From: Chiloscyllium plagiosum
Taxonomy: Eukaryota
Direction: 5' to 3'
Assembly: GCF_004010195.1 (NCBI RefSeq)
Contig: NC_057718.1
Location: 80,543,500 to 80,585,489, forward strand
Length of the DNA stretch: 41,990 bases
The position numbers were made by a program, and so were the translations under genes. This document shows positions 1 to 11,640 of the stretch, piece after piece (the first letter of the stretch is position 1; each line of letters starts with the position of its first letter). The notes under the pieces are model-generated. The model saw only the letters and a program-made list of their open reading frames with translations, was not told the origin of the DNA and searched no databases.

Positions 1-261
1 GCTGAAAAATGTGTTGCTGGAAAAGCGCAGCAGGTCAGGCAGTATCAAAGGAGCAGGAGAATCGACATTTCTGGCTCCCCCAAGTCCCTCCTCCCTACCT
101 TTTATCTTAGCCTGCTTTGCACACCCTCCTCATTCCTGAAGAAGGGCTTATGCCCGAAACGTCGATTCTCCTGCTCCTTTGATGCTGCCTGACCTGCTGC
201 GCTTTTCCAGCAATACATTTTTAAGCTCTGATCTCCAGCATCTGCAGTCCTCACTTCCTCC
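1..261 (+). mobile_element. Non-autonomous Penelope-like element terminus with fold-back (inverted) structure; may be cut by the window edge
   Basis: 1-71 is the near-perfect reverse complement of 156-226; contains a hammerhead-like core at 136-163; its tail (ccagcatctgcagtcctcact) recurs at ~26805-26829. Confidence 0.75.
131..168 (+). ncRNA. Minimal type I hammerhead ribozyme motif
   Basis: CTGAAGA(136-142)-A-GGGC ttat GCCC(144-155)-GAAA(156-159)-C-GTC(161-163); palindromic ACGT in place of stem III; short, imperfect stem I. Confidence 0.7.
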
Positions 262-1254
262 TTGGTCCATTGTCTTGAAGCCTTTACATAAACTTCCCCT
301 CAGTGATTGAATGTTCAACTCAGAATTTGTCCAATGATACCAATTTTGGATGGAACACAAGTCTCCAGCAGCCACACTGTCCCAACACAAATTTTGGTCT
401 TACTTCCCATTATCCTGCCTCTTTTTCTCCTCTTCTTTTGTTGACATCAAATGCAAACACACAATTCTTAGTTGAACCAGCAGCATGTGCATTGAATTGG
501 TTCATTCATCCTGAAGATAAATATATAAGGCATCCCCTAAGTGCTTCAAATAACAATGAACATTGCAGTGAGCTGAAATCTCTGCCTCTCTTATGGGGTG
601 CTGCCACTCTGGCAATTTTGAGGTGCCTACTCACTTGTTTCCACGTGCTGCTGAAACGATGTTAGTAGTTAACATATATTCTCAGCATACCTCCTGCATT
701 CATTGACAGTGATGCCAGAAATGGATGGCTCTGTGTATAGTGGACCACTCTCTCAGTGAAGAAGCTCATGCACTCAAAACCCTGAGCTACAGCAGAGCAT
801 ATTAATGAACGGGCAGTTCCATTCTGTGCCCACATCTCAGCACTATTTCAGAAAACCTTAAACTCAAGCATGCATCTGATTCTACTGGTCCAGAAATACC
901 CAGATTGTGAGTTCTGCTCTTTCCAGCTAAGCATAGCTGTGCCTGTCCTTCATTGTCCAAAGGATGAAGGATATAGATGTCATGTTAAATTTACCTTGTC
1001 AAACGTAGAATGCTATTTTGAAGTGCTTGGAACAGTGAGATCTGCTGACAACACAACAGTTAATCACACTGTGAGCAATATCTAGTCAAGCCTCCTGACT
1101 GATCAATAAGAAATGGGTTCCAAATGCATCTCTACGGAGGCACCAGAAAATGTGGAGCCCGAGCATAGGTTTTTGACCAGTTTCTGATCTGCTACACTCC
1201 TGTTTTCACTAACTGGGTATGGAATATAGAATGATAAAATTAATAATATATTAT

Positions 1255-1400
1255 TAGGAATAACAGAATAAGGGAGATAAATCAATGACTGAAAAGGTGA
1301 TGCAATGTGCAAAGATTCAGTTTCCTGGATCATTGTGATCTCTTCTGGGACAGAAAAGAATTGTTCAAAAAGAATGGACTGGACAGGAACCAATATCTAA
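1255..1400 (+). mobile_element. CR1 LINE ORF1 (SGNH esterase-like) fragment
   Basis: Encodes FLDHCDLFWDRKELFKKNGL; similar to 2705-2850 and 29095-29170. Confidence 0.7.
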
Positions 1401-2099
1401 ACATAATATACCAATATAATCTAAAATGGTAGACTGAGTGTAGCATGAATATTGCAGCTGCTCCTGAGTTGTAGGCCTTCTTGTGTAATTATATAATTCT
1501 TATGGTTTTATGTTTCAGAATAAGATTTTTATTTCGAATCATTTTGGAACTCTTGTAGACCATATAATTACAAAACAAAATGAAGAAGTAGAGATTTTTG
1601 AAATGTGGCAGGGGCTTCCACCTGTTTGTCAAGTATCAATCTGTAGAGAGATTTTATTTCTCTTTCTCTGCTTTAAATTTTTATATTTCTAAAAATGTAC
1701 ATCATTACAAAATCAAAAAAGAAAACATAAACATAGTAAAGGAGAGTGTTTTTACGAACATGAAGGACAGTTATTTTTCTGTGGACATTTTTTTCAAAGG
1801 ACTTTGTCAAGTTTTGATTTGCAGAGCAATTTTTTGCACATAAAAAGATACACGAAGGAGGAGAGTTTGTTTGTTTATATGTGGAGGTTGTGGAAAGGCC
1901 AACGTGAGATTGAGTTTTTTTAAATCTGGAGATTGAAAGATGAATGTTGGATTATTTGAAGAGGAGTCATTTTCTCATTTGATTTCTTTTTAATATTTAT
2001 ATGTTTACTTTGTTTTCTATTTTCATTCTTAATATTAAATCTGTCGGTAAAGAAAAGTAGTTTATTTTTGTATATATTCTATTGAGAGCTTCTTTTTTG

Positions 2100-3312
2100 G
2101 CTTAACGTCACTGAGGCCATACAAGAGATACTGAGTGTGATACTTAGTAGGTTTAGAAAAGTGATTACACAGAAGGATCTGTCAGATAGATGGTTGATTT
2201 CAAGAAAGGTAACAAGGTATTTAGGAAATCTTCTGCCGCTATTCCCCTCTCAAACAGATATTCCGTTTTGGGTACAGTTAAAAGAGATGGTCTCTCAGAG
2301 GAAAATAGAAGTGGTAGTCAGATCTTGGGCATGAAGAATGAATCTTATGATAAATGGGGTTTGTCAAAATTTAAAAGAAAATTGGTTTCGGGGGGCTCAC
2401 GTGTCAGGGGCAGACTGGAACTTCTGCAGCAGTGAGTGTGAATCTAGGATAGAATATTGCTTTCCAGGTGCCAGGTTTAAGGACATCTCAAAATATGTGA
2501 AACATATTGTCAAAAGGGACAGTAGAAGCTGGAAGTTGTTGTACACATTGGTAGAAATGGTCTTGGCTACAAGACCATTTCTAAGGCTGACCCTCTCGCA
2601 AAAGGTTAAGGCTTTGCAGAGTGAAGATTAAAAAACAGAACCTCCAATGTAGTAATCTCTGGTTTACTCCCAGTGCCAGGTTATAATGAGGGAAGGACTA
2701 AAAGAATAGGGAAGATAAATCAATGACTGAAGACATGGTGTAATGTGCGGGGATTCAGTTTCTTGGATCATTGGGATCTCTTCTTGGACAGAAAATACCG
2801 ATCAAAAAGTCTGTGTTTCACCTGAACTGGAAAGGGACCAAAATCCTGGGAGGGAGACTTGCTAGTTCTATTTCAGGAGCCTGTAAGCCTTCTTGGGGTG
2901 CTAGGGCGGGGGGGGGCGGTGGTGAAGACTTTGTACGTAGTGTAAGTAGGAAGAACTATGATGACGATTCTGAATCCGAAAAGTGCAAGCTAATTACTAA
3001 ACACAGACAAGTGCAAGTCAGAGAATGAAATAATTAAACTACATTTATTTCAGTGCAAGAGGTCTTACAGGAAAGGCTGATGAACTCAGGCATGTATGGG
3101 AATGTGGGACTGGATATTGAATCTATCACAGAAACTTTGCTGAGGGAAGGACAGGGATGGTAGCTCAATGTTCTAGATTTTAAATGTTGTGGGAAGGATC
3201 GAAGGAGAAGCATGGGGGTGGCATTTTCTGATGAAGTAGAACATTACTACTGTAATTAGAGAAGATATTTCTGAGGGATCATTTAGTGAAAATATTTGGA
3301 ATGAAATTAGAA
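2100..3312 (+). mobile_element. Degenerate CR1 LINE: ORF1 esterase and start of the AP endonuclease
   Basis: IPLSNRYSVL, CFPGARFKDI, VVISGLLPV, FLDHWDL and YFSARGLTGKADELR motifs with stops/frameshifts; aligns by eye to the element at 28-30 kb. Confidence 0.85.
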
Positions 3313-3987
3313 AAACATTTACAAGGTCTACCCCAGGTCGCTATTTATCTGGATGATGTGCTAATAACCGGGAAGAATATAAAGCATTCAGCAAATTTGG
3401 ACACTGATAAAACATTTCTCCAAGGCAGGTATATGCCTTAAAAGGGAAACATGTGTTTCAAGCAGTCCATGTGACCTACCTGGGCTACAGAGTCAACAAG
3501 ACCGTACCTGTTAGAAGATAAATTGAGGGCAACCGAAGGTGCCCAACCTCCCATGTATATATCAGAGCTCAGGTCTTTGCTTGGGTTAGTGAATTATGAT
3601 GTAAAATTCATACGTATTCTAGCCTCCATCCTGCACCCTTTACGTATGCTATTGCGAGAGGGTCAGCCTTAGAAATGGTCTTGTAGCCAAGACGAAGCCT
3701 TTAGGGAAGTGAAGAGGTATTGGCGCATGACAATCCCAAGCACGATGTGGTGCTGACGTACAATGGCTACCTGAATGGTATCGGAGTAGTGTTAGCTCAC
3801 CGGTGGCCCAGCAGAGACAAATACCCAATAGCATATGCTTCCCAACCTTCAGCTGATCCTGAACAAAAATATCCCCAGATAGAGAAGTAACTTGAGAGTG
3901 ATAAAGTTCCACCAATACTTTTATAGATGTTAGTTTGGAATAGCAACAGACCACAAGTCCCTGCTAGGGCCTTGAGCCATTTCGCAC
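3313..3987 (+). mobile_element. Ty3/Gypsy pol remnant (RT and RNase H)
   Basis: LQGLPQVAIYLDDVLITG (YxDD), ELRSLLGLVNY, GVVLAHRW, PIAYAS, TDHKSLLG; frameshifted. Confidence 0.85.
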
Positions 3988-6167
3988 TGTTATTATAGAC
4001 CCAACCAACCCCTTCAAAATATATCAGATATTAGTCTCGACCCTAATTTTTTCTTATTATACAAGTAACTGTAAGGTGTTGCATTCCACATGCAATTTGA
4101 TTGGTCAAACTACTCTACGTTAAGCAACACACATTTTATTCATATACTCTAGAGTCATAGAGATGTACAGCACGGAAACAGACCCTTCGGTCAAACTCAT
4201 CCATGCCAACGAGATATCCCAACCCAATCTCGTCTCACCTGCCAGCACATGGCTCATATCCCTCCAATTCCCTCCTATTCGTATGTCCATCCAGTTCCCT
4301 TTTAAATGTTACAATTGTACTAGCCTCTACCACTTCCTCTGGCAGCTCATTCCATACATGCACCATCCTCTGCCTGAAAAAGTTGCCCCTTAGGTTTCTT
4401 TTAAATCTTTCCCCTCTCATCCTAAACGTATGCCCTCTAGTTCTGGACTCCCTCACCTCAGGGAAAAGACTTTGTCTGTTTATCCTATTCATGCCTCTCA
4501 TGATTTATAAACCTCTATCAGGTCACCCCTCAGCCCCCGATGCTCCAGGCAAAACAGCCCTAGCCTATTCAACCTCTCCCTATAGCTCAAATCGTCCAAC
4601 CCTGGCAAGATTCTTGTAAATCTTTTCTGAACCCTTTCAAGTTTCACAACATCTTTCCAATAGGAAGGAGACAGAATTGCATGCAATATTCCAACAGTGG
4701 CCTAACCAATGTCCTGTACAGCCACAACATGACCTCCCAACTCCTGTACTCAATTCTCTGACCAATAAAGGAAAGAATACCAAATGCTTTCTTCACTATC
4801 CTATCTACCTGCGACTCTACTTTCAGGGAGCAATGAACCTGCACTCCAAGGTCGCTTTTTCTTCAAAAACACTCCCTAGGAGCTTATCAATAAGTGTACA
4901 AATCCTGCTAAGATTTGCTTTCCCAAAATGCAGCACCTCACTTTTATCGAAATTAACCTCCATCCGCTGCTTCTCAGCCCATTGGCCCATCTGATCAAGA
5001 TCCCGTTGTAATCTGAGTTATTATTCTTCGCTGTCCACTACACCTCCAATTTTGGTGTCATCAGCAAACTTACTAACTATACTTCTTATGCTAACATCCA
5101 AATCATTTAGATAAATGATGAAAAGTAGTGGATCCAGCACTGATCCTTGTGGCACTCCACTGGTCACAAGCCTCCAGTCTGATAAACAACCCTCCACCAC
5201 CACCACCCTCTGTCTTCTACGTTTGAGACAGTTCTGTATCCAAATGGCTAGTTCTCCCTGTATTCCATGAGACCTAAGCTTGCTAATCAGTCTCCCATGG
5301 GGAACCTTGTCGAATGCCTTACTGAAGTCCGCATAGATTATGTCTACCACTCTGCCCTCATCAATCCGCATTGTTACTTCAAAAAACTCAATCAAGTTTG
5401 TGAGACATGATTTCTCACGCACAAAGCCATGTTGACTATCCCTAATCAGTCCTTGCCTTTTCAAATACATGTACATCCTGTCCCTCAGGATTCCCTCCAA
5501 CAACTTGCCCACCACTGACGTCAGAATCACTGATCTGTAGTTCCCTGGCTTGTCCTTACCGCCCTTCTTAAACAGTAGCACCACGTTCGCCACCTTCCAG
5601 TATCCGGCAACTCACCTGTGACTATCGATGATACAAATATCTCAGCAAGAGGCCCAGCAATCACTTCCCTAGCTTCCCACAGCATTCTAGGGGACACCTG
5701 ATCAAATTCTGGGGATTTATCCACTTTTATGCATTTCAAAACATTCAGCACTTCCTCCTGTGTAACATGGACATTTTTCAAGATGTCACCATCTATTTCC
5801 GCACACTCTATATCTTCCATGTCTTTTTCCACAGTAAATACTGATGCAAAGTATTTGTTTAGTATCTCCCCCATTTTCTGTGGCTCCACACAAAGCTGTC
5901 TTGCTGATCTTTGAGGTGCCCTGTTCTCTCCCTAGTTACCCTTTTGTCCTTAAGGTAAAAACCCTTTGGATTCTCCTTAATTCTATGGGAGCTAGACCCC
6001 ACCAATTCAGGCTGCTTCTACTGTTGCAACTTGGCAAAAAAAGCCCAAGGCCTCTCAAGCTGTTTTCTTTTTTGGATTCAAATAGACAACCTGTCATCTC
6101 TGTCTTAAAACCTTTCTTCATAAAGATCAGGACAAAATACATTTCTTAAAACCATAGTATCGTCACA
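3988..6167 (-). mobile_element. Probable solo LTR inserted in Gypsy pol and itself interrupted by a CR1 (4150-5950)
   Basis: Minus strand starts TGTGAC and ends ATAACA; AATAAA near 4135-4140 on minus; Gypsy reading (LSHFAL/TDK) resumes right after 6167. Confidence 0.5.
4150..5950 (-). mobile_element. 5'-truncated CR1 LINE (RT and 3' tail)
   Basis: ORF 5021-5593: PGNYRSVILTSVVGKLLE, DFSKAFDKVPH, SGVPQGSVL, KFADDTK; ORF 4235-4501 RTRGH...WNELP; ctctatgactct tail; same family as 27478-31800. Confidence 0.95.
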
Positions 6168-6343
6168 CTGACAGATAAACTACTGGTGATGCTGTTGCTA
6201 GAAGAATCCATTCTGGTTTTAAACTTTCTGTTCTGTCACTGCTGACAATATCAGACTGTGGACACAAAAAGATCCTGTCCTGGCAAAAGTAAAACAGCTG
6301 GTGGAGATGGGGAAAACAGAAGGGCCATCACAACCAGAACTAA
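6168..6343 (+). mobile_element. Gypsy pol linker fragment
   Basis: VTADNIRLWTQKDPVLAKVKQLV, typical RNase H-integrase linker. Confidence 0.65.
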
Positions 6344-7477
6344 TTTGGAGAAGCTGGTGTTGAACTGGTCTGGACAGAGTTAAAAATCACAGAACACCAG
6401 GTTATAGTCCAACATGTTTATTTGGAAGCTTTCGAAGCTCTGCTGCTTCATCTGGCAGTTGTGAAGTAGGATCATAAGACACTGAATTTATAGCAAAGGA
6501 TTACAGTGATACAATGATACATCGAGCAAACCTAAACTGTTAAGTCTTTCATCTTTTAGAATGGATTTAATACGTAAATCCCAGAACTTCGTTTAAGTCA
6601 CATTCTCAAGATAATTTAAGGTTTTATAGCAAAAAGTGACATCTCAGCTCAGACCATGCCTTAAAGTTATGAGTCACGCCAATCTTGAGTCAGACCGGTT
6701 CCATTTCTAAAATGGAATTTATAAATATTGTATAGATTTTATTGACTGCTTCCAGGTTCTGCATTTGTTTGAGCAAAATAGAATCCATTTGCAAATATAA
6801 TTCTGCAAACACAAATTCACCCCGTTAACCTATAGGTGTGTGCCCATGCAGGGAAGAGAGTGCACGTAAGAGAGTGTGTGTTTGCACGTGTGCAAGATTG
6901 GTAAAGTGTGTGTGAGTGTGACGGGGTATCAGCCTGTGAGAGGATGCATACGTTGGTGTGAGCGTGGGTGGTGCATGTGCGCGCATATGAGAGAGGGTCT
7001 GCTTGATTGTGCAAGTATGTAAGAGTGTGTGTGCGAGAGTGTATAGTGCAGTGGGGTCACCTGTAATGTGACAGGAACCCAAGGGTCCTGTTGACGCCAT
7101 CCTCATGCCTACCAAACTTGGCTATCAGCCTCTGGTTGGCCACTTTATGATATTGCCTGTCCCAAAGTCCACCTTGAAGGATGATCACCCGAAGATCCGA
7201 GGCCAAATGTCCCTGACCGCTGAAGTGTTCCCCGACTGGGAGGGAACATCCCTGCTAGTGATTGTTGTGTGGTGTCCATTCATCCATTGGCGAGACCAAC
7301 CAGTTGCTACAATAATGTACCATGCCACGGGGCATCCTTGCCTGCAGCGTATGAAAGAGTCTGTGTCCTATGATCCTACTCCACTAGTTACCTGATGAAG
7401 AAACAACACTTCAAAAGCTAGTACTTCCAAATAAACCTGTTGGACTATAACCTGGTGTTGTATGATTATGAACTTTA
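6344..7477 (-). mobile_element. 5'-truncated Penelope-like element (GIY-YIG C-terminus, CA-rich 3' region) with an inverted terminal copy
   Basis: Minus strand 7060-7350: RCRQGCPVAWYI, MNGHHTTI, PVGEHFSGQGH, QRLIAKFG; ~6376-6485 is inverted relative to ~7360-7476. Confidence 0.85.
7389..7423 (+). ncRNA. Degenerate hammerhead ribozyme motif
   Basis: tac-CTGATGA-A-(decayed stem II)-AAAA(for GAAA)-GCTA-gta; stem I tac/gta intact. Confidence 0.55.
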
Positions 7478-7499
7478 ACCACATCTGAAAACTTTCTAG

Positions 7500-8702
7500 A
7501 TCTGCTAAGACATGTCATTATGGGCAGCAAAAATGATTATCCCAAACCAAGGTACTGGCTGAACTCCATCAGGGTCATCTAGGGGTGTCCAAAATGAAGG
7601 TATCAGTGGGAAGTTATGTCTGGTGGCCAAGATTAGATTCTGACATAACTGCATTGGTGGGGCAATGCCCAGAGTGCCAACAAGGATAAAAATGATTACC
7701 AACAGCTCCCCCATGTCCAAGGGAGTGACTAGGTAAACCCTGGACTTGATTACACATCGACTATGCCATTCATTTCATGGGGTGTATGTTCTTCATCATT
7801 GTGGACATCCATTCAAAGTGGCTAAACATTCAAACACCGTGATGACAACTGAATAGCTGCATCTTTTACAACACATGAACTTCCAGAGGTTTTGGTCACA
7901 GACAAAGGGAATTCGAGTATTGCCTAAAGTTGAATGGCATTCAGCAGAAAAGGACTTCTCAATACCATCCATCATCCTCTGGTCTGACAGAAAGAGTAGT
8001 CCAAACTTTGAAGGCAGGCTGAAAGAAATGGCCTATAACTTCACTCAATATCAAACTGTCCCGGTTCCTGTTTGAATATCGGACTACCCCTCACGCAACT
8101 ACAGGGACAGCTCTAGCAGCGTTGCTAATGGAGACACGACACTGTGCCAGATCGAACCTGGTCTTCCAGGACCTGGGAGGACAGGGTGAAATGGTATCAG
8201 AAACACCAATGCTGGACACAAGACTCCGCTAAGCAAGAGAGCCAGTTTACTTCAGGGGATGAAACCATGAGAATCGGCTGCATGGGTAAGAGGCATGATT
8301 GACACAAAGTCAGGTCCCATGTCATACAAAGTTAATGTTGGAATGCTGGTCCTGAACAAGCACACGGACTGCATGAAAGCTACAATCTTGAAACTTGGGC
8401 AGGAACATAACTTAGAACATCTGGCAAGGTTGTTAGAACCCATGGGTTCTCCCCCTTAGCCTATTGCCAAAATGACATGTGAGGACGAGATGGGCAAGGC
8501 AGTTGAAGCTTCAACGCCATTTCCTCCTGAAGAAGAAGGTGAATTTCATTCTGACATTTCAGACAGAAGAGATGGGCTACTGTCCGGTACGCGCCGTCAG
8601 TATCCAAGGCAGAGTCAAATGAACTAATCTGGTCCAAAAATGCCCCACAAGAAGCTACAGGCAAAAGAATAGGCCTATGTCCAGGACCAAGAGGGGGAGG
8701 GA
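7500..8702 (+). mobile_element. Gypsy integrase remnant ending in a polypurine tract
   Basis: LHQGHLG, SYVWWPRLDSDI, CPECQ, KPWT*LHIDY, YRTTPHATTG; PPT AAGAGGGGGAGGGA at 8689-8702 followed by TG. Confidence 0.9.
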
Positions 8703-9498
8703 TGTAGTGTTTGGGATGAGGTCAGCCAGATGGATCTCAGAATATGAGTTCTCTGACTGGGGCTGTTAACCTGGTCCAATCAGGGAGCTGTCACTGACAA
8801 ATATAAACAGAAGTGACATTGGGTTATAGTAGCCAGCTCTGAGCTAGCTGGATCAGTGTCATGTACTGTGCACATGTACATGAGTAGCTTTTTATTTGTC
8901 ATTTCTACAATATACAACTGATACGTTAAAAACGAGACAGCATTCCTCCAGTACTGAGGATGCTTCATGGACAGCACAAACTACACAATTGTACACACAT
9001 AAAGTGCTTAAGAAGTGCAAAACACGCAAGTTACAGTATAATAGAAGAATGATAAATAACAGAAGTCATGCAAAGAATTTCAGATTGGAAATAGTCCGAT
9101 CATACTGCGTTCAAGAGCCTGATTGCTTGGGGAAGAAACTGTTGCACAGTCTGGCTGTGAGAGACTGAATACTCCTGTATCTTCTGTCAGATGGCAGGAA
9201 GGAGAAGAGTTTGAGTGAGGGATGTGTTCGATCTTCCACAATGCTCTGAGCCTTTCGGATGCAGCGTGTAGTGTAATGGAGAAAAGAGAGACCCCGATGA
9301 TCTTCTCAGCTGTCCTCACTATCCGTTGTAGTGTTTTACGATCCGAGATGGTGCAATTCCTGAACCAGGCAGTGATATAGCAGCTCGGAATACTCTCAAT
9401 GAACCCTCTGTAGAATGTGGTGAGGATATGGATTGGGAGGTGGGCTTTCCTCAGCTTGCGTAGACTTGGTGATAAAATACCTTTGTGAAGTTATTTCA
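8703..9498 (+). mobile_element. Gypsy 3' LTR interrupted by a Rex1-type LINE
   Basis: Begins TGTAGT right after the PPT; CCAAT and ATATAA motifs; putative end TTATTTCA at 9498, where CR1 RT sequence resumes. Confidence 0.6.
8890..9462 (-). mobile_element. Rex1/Babar-type LINE 3' fragment
   Basis: Minus strand: LRKLRKA, FYRGFIESI, VRTAEKIIG, HPSLKLF, LCNSFFPQAIRLLN. Confidence 0.8.
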
Positions 9499-9775
9499 TA
9501 GTGGGCAGTGAAGAAGGTGATCTAACCTTACAAAGAAATTTTGATCAATTGGGTCAATAGGCTGAGAAGTGGGAGATGAATTTAATTTGGATAAATGTGA
9601 GGTATTACATTTTGGTAATACAAACAAGGATTGGAGTTATATAGTTAATGGTGGGCATTGGGAGTGTTGTCGAACAGAATGATCTTTGGGTTCACATATA
9701 TAAACCTTTGAAATTTGTGTCACAGGCAGGCTGGTTAAGAAAGTATTTAGCATGCTTGTGTTCATTGCTAAAATC
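9499..9775 (+). mobile_element. CR1 RT fragment
   Basis: VGSEEG, DQLGQ*AEKW, FNLDKCEVLHFG, DLWVHI. Confidence 0.8.
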
Positions 9776-10274
9776 TATGTCTTTCAAAATTGCATCTCCT
9801 TCAGTCTTGCATTATGTCCCAGTAATATTCATTGTTGCATCTCGCATCAAATTCTCTGTTCCCTCATATTAAATTATTATAAATACTGAATATACAAGGA
9901 AGTGAAGAATGTCCTTTCTTTCTATTTCTTTATTAATTTTGATTCTTACTGTTTTCACCACTGCCTCTACTCCACGTATTTTATACTCGTTCATGTCAAT
10001 CCTTCTAATATTATTTATGCTGATTTTCATTTATTTATTCCCATCTTTTAATCTTTTTCTTGAGTTCCTCACTATTATGTGAACTGATTAAAAATAGCAA
10101 GTGACTGACTTTCTAGGTCTTAACCAATATTACTTTTGTGAATAAGATTGAATGATGGTGCATTTTCAAGAAAACTATGCTCTACTCCTTCTCTAATTGG
10201 GCCATTAATTTACAGGGGACTTGGAAAGAAAAGAAATATATCAGGTTTAGGAATTAGTTGCAAATGTTAAAACA

Positions 10275-11222
10275 AGAATTTAAGAAACAGAAACAGAAAT
10301 TGGCCATTCACCAAGTTGATCATCTACTGTGTTAAAAGGTGTATCATTTACATTATGACTTGAAATTTGGATTTTAAAATTGAGGCAAATGATGTGGTTT
10401 CACTTTTGTGTTGTTAACTTTTATTTTGAAGAGGTGAGAATATAATTTCTAACACTAAACTGGAGATATATTTTCCAGGAGGCACTTGATTCAGTCTACT
10501 GCCTAGCCAGACACTTGTGTTCATGAATGAAATCTTTATACATCCAAATTTATGACAGAGAAAACAGAGCAGAGGCATTAGGTTAGTTTTGGTTTCATAG
10601 CAGAAGAATAAAGTTTTCACTTCAGAGAAACAGTCAGCATACCAGAAATAGTTCTAATTTTTGAAGCTTCCAAGCTGTGAGTGTTTATAAAGAAGTCAAG
10701 TTATCAGAACGTTGAAGAGTTGCGATAGGCGTAATTTTGTTTTTTTGCTGGGTTTGAATATCTGCAAAGGATAATATTGAAATGTTGTATTGATTTTTAG
10801 GTTATGATCCTTTCAAACTGTCTTTATTTATCAAGCTTTGTTTATTCTCCCATGTAAGAAACTTGAATTCTTTATTAAAGAACATTTGCGGCATTGTTCA
10901 ATAACTAACCAACATGGTAACTAACTACAAATTTTAAACTTGGGATCTGTCCAGCAAGATTTCATTCTGGGATCTGACTTGACCAGAATGATGATCAGTT
11001 TGGATCATAACCCTACTTCGACATCATTTTCTTGAACTATCTCTGCATCCCTTGATGTTTTAATATGCAGAAATCTATTGATCTCAGGCTTGAACATTCT
11101 CAACAATTGAGCGTACAGATATTTGGGTGTAGGGAATTCCAAAGATTCATCACCCTCTGAATGAAAAAGATCTTCCTCATCTCAATGTAAATGGCCTGTT
11201 CTATATTCTGAGATTATGTCCC
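10275..11222 (-). mobile_element. Old CR1 3' fragment split by a solo LTR
   Basis: Tail-like aagaaacagaa...ggccattca at ~10280-10310; gaattccaaagattcatcaccctctga at ~11134-11160 is the antisense of the CR1 QRVMNLWNS motif. Confidence 0.6.
10328..11012 (+). mobile_element. Solo LTR with 4-bp TSD
   Basis: Starts TGT, ends ATAACC (decayed ATAACA); flanked by CTAC (10324-10327, 11013-11016); ATTAAA at ~10874. Confidence 0.6.
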
Positions 11223-11640
11223 TTCAAATAAATGCATATGGCTTTTCTAATGATTATATTCAGGCCGCATCATGTTAATGTTTTGTAGATAAAGAGAAAT
11301 TAGAGAGAGAGAAAACTTGCTAAATGTGCCACATTACTTTGTTGACATATCAGGAAACACAAAGGCCATATTTTACTGAGAAAATAAGTCGATAAAGTGC
11401 ACACTGTTATTATGATGCAAATCCCAGCAGCTTCTTGCAAGCAAGAGATACCTTGTTAGTAGTGAATTGCCAGAAACAGCAGTGTTATGGGTAAATATTT
11501 TTTCAAACCAAACCAAACAATTGTATGGCTAGTTAATAGGGCATGTCAGAAGGTGCCTCACTCCAGTAAATTCAATCTGATCTGATTTTTTTTTTAGGCT
11601 AAGTGAATAGGATTGGGTGCAAATCTATGCTTATGCTGAT

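Noticed and set aside
303..1085. ORFs 303-665 and 870-1085
   Set aside because: No recognisable motif or splice context; lengths expected by chance
5021..5593. 190-aa RT ORF (and 200-aa APE ORF 29239-29841) as functional or domesticated genes
   Set aside because: Bounded by frameshifts and stops; ordinary CR1 decay
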